64,000 bases of DNA from an uncultured archaeon (GTDB lineage Archaea; Altiarchaeota; Altiarchaeia; JAFGQM01): positions 68,715 to 132,714 of the forward strand of contig CAZUDQ010000002.1 in assembly GCA_964619365.1 (NCBI GenBank), in the 5' to 3' direction. Numbering within the stretch: the first letter of the stretch is position 1; every line of letters begins with the position of its first letter. A model generated the notes under the pieces. That model was given only the letters and a program-made list of their open reading frames with translations, had not been told where the DNA came from and did not search any database. Both the position numbers and the translations under genes were made by a program. Positions 1 to 8,721 of the stretch are shown piece by piece.

Positions 1-62
1 CGTCCGTCACTCATGCCTTCTTCGACAGTTTCTGCAAGACGTAAGGTCTCTTTTTCATCCAT
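1..62 (-). CDS. 5' end of a hypothetical protein running off the window (MDEKETLRLAETVEEGMSDG...)
   Basis: Manual translation; ATG at 62 follows a T-rich intergenic gap and the frame is open to the edge. Confidence 0.5.
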   Translation of the reverse strand, partial: MDEKETLRLAETVEEGMSDG

Positions 63-113
63 AGTATTCTAATTGATGAGCGTTTTTTTATTTTTAGACT
101 AATACCTGTATTT

Positions 114-1316
114 CTAAGTACTAAGAAGAAATTCTTCGACCCCCGAACAGTCTATTGTCCAGTTGCCGACATCTTCAGGCCAGGGCTTGGTGCAATCAGA
201 GCATGTGGCTTCAAAGATATACCAGCCGTCCCCTGCGTCAAGTCCAACAGTCATATGGTCATAAGCGTCATCATAGGGCTCGCTTGCGTCTGCTATGCAA
301 AGTTCTGCGTTACTGACTCCTGCGCGGTTCATCATTGAAATCATGAGTATTGACATATCATCACAATCGCCTTTCCCTGAGAGTAGCGTGTATGCGGGAG
401 GCATTGGCCAGTCGTTATACCAGCTGGGGTCAAAATTGTATTTGACATTTTTCCTTACAAATTCCAGAATTGCAAATGCGCGCTCTTCTTCAGTCATGAG
501 GTCACTTACTAAGGAATCTGTAACATAGACTACAGTCTCGTCAAGCGGGTCAACATTGTAAAAATAAGTGTAATAGCCACTCTCACTAAGCTCTGATGCA
601 AAATCGTTTCTTAGCTGATATAACTCAGAAAGGCCTAGGAGAAAATTGGCTTCGGACTCCCCGGAGCCTATCGTCTTTTCATAATAAAAGTCTGGATATT
701 CAGTCTTTGTCCTATAAACATAGTAGAATGCCGTGTTAAGTTCATTTACGAAATTTTCAAATTCAGTTTTTATGCCGGTTACGTCTCCCGCGTCAAGACC
801 TTTTCCAAGGTGGTAGAAAGCATCAAGAAGAGAGTCCATCATCGGAGGCTGCAGCTTTCTTGCTTCAAGCTCTTTAAGTTCGGCAGGAGCAAGCCCTGAC
901 TTATCTATGCGGTCAAGTGCCTGCGAGTAAGCAAGCGATTGAGTTTTACAGGACATAGAGCTGTTCATGACCTCCTTATAATCCTCTTTTGTTATGGCGA
1001 TTTCAACACCATTAAAACAAGTCTCAAAATCCTCTGCACGAGTCTTTGCTTCTAAAAACGGGTCTTGAGCCTCTACTACACCTGCAGTTAAATTCGTTGG
1101 GGCAGTTGTATTATTTGTTTTTGAGGGTAAGTTAAGGATTACTACTAGGGTGATGAGGGCTATTACTGTAATTGCAACAATTGCCAGGATAAGAACAGTC
1201 TTTGGATTCTTACTTTCCTTTGGCGTGGCCGGGACCACAGACTTTAATGGCGCACCACAATTAGCACAGAAGTTTTCAGTGTCCGCATTTTCCGTGCCAC
1301 ATTTACTACATTTCAT
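114..1316 (-). CDS. Membrane-anchored transglutaminase-like cysteine protease with N-terminal zinc ribbon
   Basis: MKCSKCG...FCANCG zinc ribbon, one TM helix, C-terminal GKGDCDD (Cys), DHMTVG (His), IFEAT; start moved from 1385 to the Met before the ribbon. Confidence 0.75.
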   Translation of the reverse strand: MKCSKCGTENADTENFCANCGAPLKSVVPATPKESKNPKTVLILAIVAITVIALITLVVILNLPSKTNNTTAPTNLTAGVVEAQDPFLEAKTRAEDFETCFNGVEIAITKEDYKEVMNSSMSCKTQSLAYSQALDRIDKSGLAPAELKELEARKLQPPMMDSLLDAFYHLGKGLDAGDVTGIKTEFENFVNELNTAFYYVYRTKTEYPDFYYEKTIGSGESEANFLLGLSELYQLRNDFASELSESGYYTYFYNVDPLDETVVYVTDSLVSDLMTEEERAFAILEFVRKNVKYNFDPSWYNDWPMPPAYTLLSGKGDCDDMSILMISMMNRAGVSNAELCIADASEPYDDAYDHMTVGLDAGDGWYIFEATCSDCTKPWPEDVGNWTIDCSGVEEFLLST

Positions 1317-1430
1317 TGTTCCCTTATTTTTGTTTTGTAGGATAAAAGAGTTTGCTTGAGTTTGAACTAAGTATTTTTGGGCCAATCATAAATAAGTCCC
1401 TTTTATTTTCCTAACCATTATTTTAGGGCA

Positions 1431-1979
1431 ATGAATATTCTTACAAAGATAGAGGCGCTGATGTTTGCGTTCCTTTTATGTGCGCTTGTAGGGTCCATTA
1501 TAAATCCCCTGTTCTATATCGCCTCATTTGCGTTCTTCGCACTTCAAGTCCCAATCTTCCTCGGCGACTTAAAAAAAGAGTACCCGGAGGACTACAAAAA
1601 ATACATAGGGGTTTTTGTCCTGTATGAAATAATCTTACTTTCCGTGTTTCTCTTCCTTAGCACAGTCACGATATCAATCGGGACGGTATCAGCCATCCTT
1701 GACGCACTTGTAATCCTTGTCGCCCTAATCATATTCCTCTTTGCAACACGAATGTTCTTTTCCAGAAAGTATTGCTTCGGGACGGTGATTTCAAAGTCAT
1801 CTGGGGGTTATGTTGCAGTCAGGGTGGAGTCAGACCTTCTGTCTAAAGTGTCCGGTGCAGAATACGCGGTATCAGATCCCCGTGGCATCAAAGCAAAAGC
1901 AGGAGCGAGAGTAAAGCTTCTTTTAAGGAAAAGCGGGGGCTCAAGCCATCCTGTTGAGATAATCGAAGAATTAAAATAA
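1431..1979 (+). CDS. DUF2101-like membrane protein (archaeal type IV pilus-associated)
   Basis: 3-4 TM helices then YCFGTV...VAVRVESDLLSKV; adjacent to a prepilin peptidase, as recalled for this family. Confidence 0.55.
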   Translation: MNILTKIEALMFAFLLCALVGSIINPLFYIASFAFFALQVPIFLGDLKKEYPEDYKKYIGVFVLYEIILLSVFLFLSTVTISIGTVSAILDALVILVALIIFLFATRMFFSRKYCFGTVISKSSGGYVAVRVESDLLSKVSGAEYAVSDPRGIKAKAGARVKLLLRKSGGSSHPVEIIEELK

Positions 1980-1986
1980 ATTTAAA

Positions 1987-2337
1987 ATGAATCTTTTTTG
2001 CAAAAACAAAAAAAAGGAGGGGTCTTGTGTGATTTCTAAGGTCCTTTATGACGAGATAAAGCGTTCAGGGAACATCTACACAATTGAAAATTCCCTGTCG
2101 TGTACTGATTTCTATATGGTTACTCAGGTTCCAGAACCTTTCATAAGGACTGCAGAACTTGACAAGAAGGCAGAAGAGGACGCCAAATGCATCTCTTTGA
2201 AAAGAGCTGTTAACATAACTGAGGCAAAGGAACTTGTCGCGGCAAAGAGCTTAGGGGCAAAGCTTGCCATATCAGCTAAGCAACTTTGGTTGCAAAAGGC
2301 GGCAAAAGCTGAAAAAGTCAATATCGAGACAATGTAA
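1987..2337 (+). CDS. Hypothetical protein, degenerate PIN-like fold
   Basis: ISKVLYDEI and ITEAKELVAAKSLGAKLAI...KAAKAEKV resemble PIN helices, but the acidic catalytic residues are not evident. Confidence 0.35.
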   Translation: MNLFCKNKKKEGSCVISKVLYDEIKRSGNIYTIENSLSCTDFYMVTQVPEPFIRTAELDKKAEEDAKCISLKRAVNITEAKELVAAKSLGAKLAISAKQLWLQKAAKAEKVNIETM

Positions 2338-2348
2338 GAAATTTTGAA

Positions 2349-3221
2349 ATGGATATCTTTTTTGCAGACCTTGCGCTTTTTACATGTGCCCTTGCATTTT
2401 CATTTTGTGCTGCGTATTACGATCTTAAAACAGGCGAGATACCAGATAAGTTCACAATAGGGCTTTTTTGTGCTGCAATAGGAATGAGAGCGATTTTTGC
2501 GCTGTTCCTCTGGGATATAGCATATTTTATCGATGGACTTGCCGTGGGCGCAATATTCTTTGCCCTAGGTGCTGGGTTCTTTTACATTGGCGGTTGGGGT
2601 GGCGGCGATGCCAAGCTTCTTTCAGGGATTGGCGCGGCTCTTGGCGGTCTTTTTGCGCCTTCTTTAATCTCAATGCCAATTAAGGTGTGGCCAGAGTTTG
2701 TAGGTTTCCTTTTCTGTCTCGGCCTTGTTGCGATATTCTATTCCATAACATACTCTCTTATACTCTCATTAAAGAAGCCTGAAGTCTTCTCTATCATGGG
2801 AAAAACAATCCATGAAAGGAAAATAGAACTCTTTGCCCTTCTCATCGCGTCCTGCGTTCTAGTGGTGTTATTCTTCCCGATAAAACCTATTCTTGGCCTT
2901 ATGGGTGCGTTACCTATAGTATTTTACCTGCTTTTAGTCTTCTCAAGAGCAGTAGAAGCTGTCGCCCTGCAAAAGGAAATCTCAATAGAAGCTCTTCGCG
3001 AGGGGGATATGGTAGTCGAAGATCTTATAATCGGCAAAAAGGTCGTATTCTCAAAAAGAGACATGGATGGGATATCAGAAAAAGTCTTAGAACAGGTACA
3101 AAAAGCAAAAAACAAGCCAAAGACAATAATAATAAAATGGGGCATAAGATTTGGCCCCGCATTTCCACTGGCATTGTTCCTAATCCCCTTTTGGGACAAG
3201 CTTGTATTTGGAACTATTTAA
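2349..3221 (+). CDS. A24 family prepilin/preflagellin peptidase (FlaK/EppA/PibD-like)
   Basis: YYDLKTGEIPD and GGGDAKL catalytic Asp motifs, multiple TMs, C-terminal IRFGPAF. Confidence 0.9.
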   Translation: MDIFFADLALFTCALAFSFCAAYYDLKTGEIPDKFTIGLFCAAIGMRAIFALFLWDIAYFIDGLAVGAIFFALGAGFFYIGGWGGGDAKLLSGIGAALGGLFAPSLISMPIKVWPEFVGFLFCLGLVAIFYSITYSLILSLKKPEVFSIMGKTIHERKIELFALLIASCVLVVLFFPIKPILGLMGALPIVFYLLLVFSRAVEAVALQKEISIEALREGDMVVEDLIIGKKVVFSKRDMDGISEKVLEQVQKAKNKPKTIIIKWGIRFGPAFPLALFLIPFWDKLVFGTI

Positions 3222-3249
3222 AAAAACAAGCCTTAAGGGACTGCATTGA

Positions 3250-3567
3250 TTACTCGCCGCCAAGTGCCTTTAAGAGTCCTGCGTTGAGTTTCTTTCCACC
3301 CATGGCAACATCCATCCCGGTTGCTTCAGGGGTCTCCGGACTTTCTTCAATATCGCGTTTTATGGCTTCAACAATGTTATCCATCTCATGTTCTGAAACC
3401 TTCAGGCGTCCAAGAACGTAAAGATAGGCTTCTACAAGACCCTCAATGTCAAGAATCTTCTTTTCTCTTTGCTGGATAAGCTCGCGAACATAAAGGTCTA
3501 CAAGCTTATATGCCGTGTCATGTTCCCAGTCTGCTTCGCAGCACGTATCGTCTGTTTTTTTTGCCAT
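3250..3567 (-). CDS. Conserved hypothetical protein
   Basis: 105-aa helical ORF 1 nt downstream of the dCMP deaminase. Confidence 0.6.
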   Translation of the reverse strand: MAKKTDDTCCEADWEHDTAYKLVDLYVRELIQQREKKILDIEGLVEAYLYVLGRLKVSEHEMDNIVEAIKRDIEESPETPEATGMDVAMGGKKLNAGLLKALGGE

Positions 3568-3568
3568 T

Positions 3569-4120
3569 TTAGTCTTTATTGAATTCTAGTGTTATCTCTT
3601 TTGTCTTTGGTTCAAGCTTCCTTAGTTTTACCCCAGTCATCTTAAACATCCTTTTTGAAGCCTTGACGCTTTCGGTTTCTGCGTATTTATCAGAAATGTA
3701 GACAATTTCAGCTATTCCCGACTGGATAAGGACTTTTGCGCATTCATTGCACGGAAAAAGCGCGACATAAAGGGTAGACCCTTTAAGGCTCTTTGAGGAG
3801 TTAAGGACTGCGTTTACTTCAGCGTGGACGACATAAGGGTATTTGGTGTCATTGACGCACGCTGCCTCGCGTGCCCAGGGAAGTTCGTCATCCGAGCAGC
3901 CCACAGGAAAACCGTTATACCCGATTCCGACAATCCGTTTGTTCTCATCAACGATGCAGGCACCCACTCTTGTACTCGGGTCTTTTGAGCGCTCGGCAGA
4001 AAGAAGGGCGATTCCCATAAAATACTCATCCCAGGGCAGATAGTCTTTTCTCTTGCCACCGTTGTTTTTTCCTTCAGCCTCGTCAAGGAACTCAATGTCG
4101 GGGTGTTGCGCATTCATCAC
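3569..4120 (-). CDS. dCMP deaminase
   Basis: WDEYFMGIA, RSKDP, GYNGFP, HAEVNA and PCNEC zinc motifs. Confidence 0.95.
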   Translation of the reverse strand: MMNAQHPDIEFLDEAEGKNNGGKRKDYLPWDEYFMGIALLSAERSKDPSTRVGACIVDENKRIVGIGYNGFPVGCSDDELPWAREAACVNDTKYPYVVHAEVNAVLNSSKSLKGSTLYVALFPCNECAKVLIQSGIAEIVYISDKYAETESVKASKRMFKMTGVKLRKLEPKTKEITLEFNKD

Positions 4121-4157
4121 TAATTTAATTAATCAAAATAGAAAAATAGAAGAGATA

Positions 4158-4715
4158 ATGAAAACTTGTATAATTGTGGGGATATCGGGCTCTTCTGCCT
4201 GTGGCAAGGGAACTGCCGCGAGTTACATAGAGGAAGAATATTCTGCCAAAAGGCTGATATTCTCAAACATACTTTCAGATATCCTGTTGCGTCTTGGACT
4301 CCCGCGCATCCGTGAGAACTATCAGGCCCTTGGAAAGAGCCTTAGGGAGAATCTTGGAAAGGATGTCATCGTAAACGCCATGCAAAGTGATATCGAGAAG
4401 ACAAACGCCAAGCTTCTTCTTCTTGACGGCCTTAGATATTCAAATGAAGCCGACCTCTTGGAGTCTTATCCCAAGCATTATCTTATCTATATTGATGCAC
4501 CAAGCGAGCTTAGGCACACGCGCGCTCAGAAAAGAGGGCAAAAAGGCGAAGATATTATGTCTCTTGAAGACTTTAAGAAGCGTGAGCTTGCGGCAACTGA
4601 AAAAGGCCTTGTGGAATTAAAGTCGCGCGCTGACTTTGTAATCGAGAATACAGGTTCAGGCGCCCAGTTAAAAGAAAAGATAAAAGAGGTCATGGATTCT
4701 GTAATCCATGAGTAA
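4158..4715 (+). CDS. P-loop nucleotide kinase (dephospho-CoA / dNMP kinase-like)
   Basis: GISGSSACGKGT Walker A, DGLRYSNE, ADFVIEN; start moved to ATG 4158. Confidence 0.75.
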   Translation: MKTCIIVGISGSSACGKGTAASYIEEEYSAKRLIFSNILSDILLRLGLPRIRENYQALGKSLRENLGKDVIVNAMQSDIEKTNAKLLLLDGLRYSNEADLLESYPKHYLIYIDAPSELRHTRAQKRGQKGEDIMSLEDFKKRELAATEKGLVELKSRADFVIENTGSGAQLKEKIKEVMDSVIHE

Positions 4716-5014
4716 AACAGCGTCCATGCATTCAACACTCGCACATGCGAGTCTTGCTTAAATCCCTCTAAATACACAATCTAGACTTATCGTGGGAGGA
4801 TAATTTTATCCACATATAACTATTTATACCCCCTCCTCAAAATTACTTGCTAAAGAATTCTCTTTGGGGGAGATTAATCCTTATAACAATTTAGTTTATC
4901 CAACAGCTTCAAACGCCAATTTGATTGAAACTACAGAATATGGTTCGGGAGGTTTTTCAGAAATTAGTAATATGAGAGTAAATGCTGTAGGTACAAGACC
5001 CGCTTTATAATAGA

Positions 5015-5479
5015 ATGGAAAAAGGAAAATACAAAATAGGTAAAAAACTAGGACTAGTAATTGCCCTTATACTAGCATGTGCGTTATCAATCTTAATTTT
5101 AATCTTATGTATGTCGGATGATATTACCAGGCATATAGATCCAAATTCATCCTCCAAAGGTGATTCTGAGTCTGAAGAAAAAATGTATTGTCCGACATAT
5201 GAAACACTTGTAAAAGCATTAGAGCCTTTGGGCAAAGGGGTGATCGTACACTCCGCAGGTATGGTTATGAGAAATGGGACAACAATGTGTACCAATGTCG
5301 CAACGTATAATCTAACTCCTGAGGAATTTAGGTGCGGTAAACGGACGTTTTATTATACACCCTATTTTCCAGAGCTAGTTTCATGTGAAACTGAATTTGA
5401 TTTTCCTAATTGCATAGAGGATTGTGAGCACTTTGAAAAGTTATACCTTTCAGAGGGCGGATTCACCTTACCCCTTTGA
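5015..5479 (+). CDS. Hypothetical membrane-anchored/secreted protein in an AT-rich insert
   Basis: Basic N-terminus plus hydrophobic helix, several Cys. Confidence 0.55.
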   Translation: MEKGKYKIGKKLGLVIALILACALSILILILCMSDDITRHIDPNSSSKGDSESEEKMYCPTYETLVKALEPLGKGVIVHSAGMVMRNGTTMCTNVATYNLTPEEFRCGKRTFYYTPYFPELVSCETEFDFPNCIEDCEHFEKLYLSEGGFTLPL

Positions 5480-5588
5480 AACTTTAATAGTTGTGGATAT
5501 TGGATAAATATCAAGACTTTATGGGCAAAGCCTACAGTAACTGGAAAGGTTAAACCAAAGTATATAAGAAAGTTAAAATCTAAATAAA

Positions 5589-5831
5589 ATGGTGGATAAA
5601 AAGATAGTAAGAAAGTTACTCAATAAGTGGGATCCACTTGGAGTATACCCTGAGGATGGAGGACCTACTGATGAGTACGATTGTTTGTTAGACCCAATAA
5701 TTTCTATACTGTCTAATAAAAATCCTAAAAAAGACCTCATTAAATTCTTGGAAAAAAATCTAAGAGAGCATATGGGTCTCAATCCTAATGAATGTGATGT
5801 GGTGCAATTCGTAGAAAATTTAATGAAGTGA
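5589..5831 (+). CDS. DUF1871-like small protein
   Basis: LLNKWDPLGV...PTDEYD motif typical of the WDP..DEYD family. Confidence 0.6.
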   Translation: MVDKKIVRKLLNKWDPLGVYPEDGGPTDEYDCLLDPIISILSNKNPKKDLIKFLEKNLREHMGLNPNECDVVQFVENLMK

Positions 5832-5891
5832 GTGTATTAATAATGAAACACGCGCCTAGATTTTGGATCTCCGTAGTCCTTATCGCCTAGG

Positions 5892-6782
5892 TTATGACCT
5901 ATAGAACTTAGCGGCAGTTTCAGGCGAGACTGTGATTATATAAGATCCTTCGCCAAGTTCATACCCTGCGTGCGTTGCAACCCTTGGAAGTATCTCAAGA
6001 TGGAAATGCCCCCATTTATGTGGGGAATGATGAACCACAAAATTATAGCAAGGCCCAAACTCCTTACTTAGTTTCATCAGGACTTTTTTTAGAACAGAGC
6101 AAAAGTCCAGTGCTTCTTCAGAGTTTAAATCAGAGAAATTGCCGACGTGTCTTTTTGGCATAAGCCAAATCTCATAAGGAAAGCGCGGCGCGTTTGCAGT
6201 CATTGCAATAGTGTTTTTCGTATCGATTGCGATTCGCGCCTTTTCTACCCCTCTGGTTTCATCGCACCATGCGCAGTGACCCGTCTTTTCAAAATAATCC
6301 TTTGATGCCTTGTTTTCCTGGCTGGCTATTGTAGGAACCTGATTGCTTGCAAGTATCTGGGTATGCGAATGTGCAAAGGAAGCTCCAGCCTCTTTTCCCG
6401 CATTCTTAAAAATCGAGACATACTTAAACTTTTTCTCAAGTGCCTTCCTGCGCTTTTCATACATATTAAAAACTTCTAGAATCTCAGGTGGATGTAATTC
6501 TTCTAGTTCTTGCCTGTGTTTTCTTGTTTCGACAATTATCTCATGTTCCCCTTCAGGCTTTTTAAGTGCCGGGAATTTATTTCTAAAAACACGTATTTTC
6601 CAGTCGCCATCCTTTGGATACGCATCAATTGTGGGTGGAGTGAATTCCTCAAAACCCGGGCAGAAGTAGCATGTTTTTTTATCCTCTTTGGTTTCAGTTT
6701 TGAACTGATGCGGGCGCTTTCCCCTAGTCTCTGATATTATGGAATATCGGTCCAGTAAAAAGTCCTTTCTTATCTGCGCCAT
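5892..6782 (-). CDS. galT: Galactose-1-phosphate uridylyltransferase (GalT/HIT family)
   Basis: RGKRPH, CYFCPG, NKFPAL, GASFAHSHTQ (HxHxQ), AGYELG. Confidence 0.88.
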   Translation of the reverse strand: MAQIRKDFLLDRYSIISETRGKRPHQFKTETKEDKKTCYFCPGFEEFTPPTIDAYPKDGDWKIRVFRNKFPALKKPEGEHEIIVETRKHRQELEELHPPEILEVFNMYEKRRKALEKKFKYVSIFKNAGKEAGASFAHSHTQILASNQVPTIASQENKASKDYFEKTGHCAWCDETRGVEKARIAIDTKNTIAMTANAPRFPYEIWLMPKRHVGNFSDLNSEEALDFCSVLKKVLMKLSKEFGPCYNFVVHHSPHKWGHFHLEILPRVATHAGYELGEGSYIITVSPETAAKFYRS

Positions 6783-6854
6783 CGGTTAATTTACCCCTTT
6801 GTGAAGAAAAAATGGCCAGGCTCAGGTTTTTAATACCCTAGTCGTAAATCAATT

Positions 6855-8711
6855 ATGATAAAACCAAAGGCAGATTTTCTTATAGAGAGCGCATATGAGG
6901 TAGTAAACCCTATAGGTGGCCTTTACACAGTCCTTACCACAAAGGCCGCTGAAATGGTGAAATACTATGGCGATAACTATTATGCCATGGGCCCGTATTA
7001 CTCAAGATATGCAAAAGTCGATTTTGAGGAAACTGAGGCACCGCCTGATTTGGTAACAGCTTTTGACGAACTTAAGGATAAAGGTATAATCTGTCACTAT
7101 GGTAGGTGGCTTCTCCCTAGCAGGCCAAAAGCAATACTCGTGGATTTTAAAGGCCGCATGAAAGACTTAAAGGATATAAAAGCGAGAATATTTGAGGAAT
7201 ATGGGGTAGTCTCAGACAAGTGTGGCAAGGAGTATAACAAACGCTTTGTCCTTTCAGATTCAGTAAGCAAGGTAATCGAAAGACTCCTTAAGACCCAGAC
7301 TTTTAAAGGAAATGGTGTACTCCACCAGCATATTTCAGGCTCGCCAGGAATTGCTCTTTTAGATGCCAAGAAGAATAAATGGAAGATAGGTCTTGTCGCA
7401 ACCGCTCATTCAACACGCCTCGGGCGCGATATTGCCATGAGCAACGAAGACCTTGTAGAGGAGATTCGGACCCAGCTGAAAAAAGATAAGCATGTTGACC
7501 ACAAACGAGAATATAATTATGGTGGGGAAACTGTAACCGAACATCAACTAGAGCGGGCATGCGCAAAGGCTTCAGACGTCTTTACCGCAGTCAGCGATAT
7601 TACAAGCAGGGAGTGTGGTTACATACTTGAAAGAAAAGCAGATGTGGTGCTGCCAAACGGCATAAACTGCGAGAAATATCCGACAATTGAAGAAAGGGCG
7701 CTTTTGCACAAAAAATCAAAGGAGAAAATATGGCGATTCCTTGAAGCATATTTCCTGCCATATTACCCGATTGATGTGGGAAACTCGCTTTTGCTTTTCA
7801 CATCAGGGCGCTATGAATTTCACAATAAGGGCTTTGACACACTAATCCATTCGCTTGGATGGTTAAATAAGATACTAAAAGAAGAAGGATATCCAAAGAA
7901 TATCTTCGTTTTCTTTTTTATATTCGATAGAGGCGTCAGGAAATACAACTATGAACTCTTAGAGAATTTGTCTAAATACGAACATATAGAAAGTTTTGTC
8001 GACGAAAACATCCAGGACATTGAAAAAAGGGCGATAAGCATGCTTGTGCACGGAGACGAGCTAGACAAAAAGGAGCTTTTTGACAAAGAGTTTATAATGG
8101 AAGGAAAAAAACTGATGAACAAGTTCAAGAAGCCTGAACATAGGCGCCCACCCATATGTGCGTTACGCATGGGCAGAAACGATGTTATTTGTAATACTCT
8201 TAACCACGAAGATCTTTTGAATAGGGAAGAAGACAAGATAAAAGTAATAGTTTATCCGACACGGATAACTGTTGATGACGGCCTTTTATCCATGCCCTAT
8301 TATGATGTGATGGCCGGAATGCACCTTGGTGTCTTCCCGTCTTATTATGAGCCCTGGGGGTACACACCGCTTGAGGCTGCCGCGTATTCAGTCATGTCCA
8401 TAACAACAGACCTTGCTGGCTTTGGGAAGTTTGTCCAGAAGAACACAGACCAAAGGAAAAAACCGGGAATCATCGTCCTAAAAAGGGACGGCAGGACCCA
8501 TGAGCAAGAAGTAATCGAATTAAAGAACGCATTACATTGGTTCTCAGGCTTAGAACGTTCAAAAAGAGTTGAAAAGAAGATAAATGCCAAGGAAATCTCG
8601 CAACTGGCCGACTGGAAGGACTTCGCAGAGTACTACATAGAAGCGCACAATATGGCGCTTCAAAAATCCAAAGGAAGAGAACCAGTCATAAAGGCAGAGC
8701 AGGACTCGTAA
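6855..8711 (+). CDS. Glycogen synthase, GT3 family
   Basis: ESAYEVVNPIGGLYTV, TSGRYEFHNKG, GVFPSYYEPWGYTPLE, ITTDLAGFG. Confidence 0.88.
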   Translation: MIKPKADFLIESAYEVVNPIGGLYTVLTTKAAEMVKYYGDNYYAMGPYYSRYAKVDFEETEAPPDLVTAFDELKDKGIICHYGRWLLPSRPKAILVDFKGRMKDLKDIKARIFEEYGVVSDKCGKEYNKRFVLSDSVSKVIERLLKTQTFKGNGVLHQHISGSPGIALLDAKKNKWKIGLVATAHSTRLGRDIAMSNEDLVEEIRTQLKKDKHVDHKREYNYGGETVTEHQLERACAKASDVFTAVSDITSRECGYILERKADVVLPNGINCEKYPTIEERALLHKKSKEKIWRFLEAYFLPYYPIDVGNSLLLFTSGRYEFHNKGFDTLIHSLGWLNKILKEEGYPKNIFVFFFIFDRGVRKYNYELLENLSKYEHIESFVDENIQDIEKRAISMLVHGDELDKKELFDKEFIMEGKKLMNKFKKPEHRRPPICALRMGRNDVICNTLNHEDLLNREEDKIKVIVYPTRITVDDGLLSMPYYDVMAGMHLGVFPSYYEPWGYTPLEAAAYSVMSITTDLAGFGKFVQKNTDQRKKPGIIVLKRDGRTHEQEVIELKNALHWFSGLERSKRVEKKINAKEISQLADWKDFAEYYIEAHNMALQKSKGREPVIKAEQDS

Positions 8712-8721
8712 CTCTAGTTCG

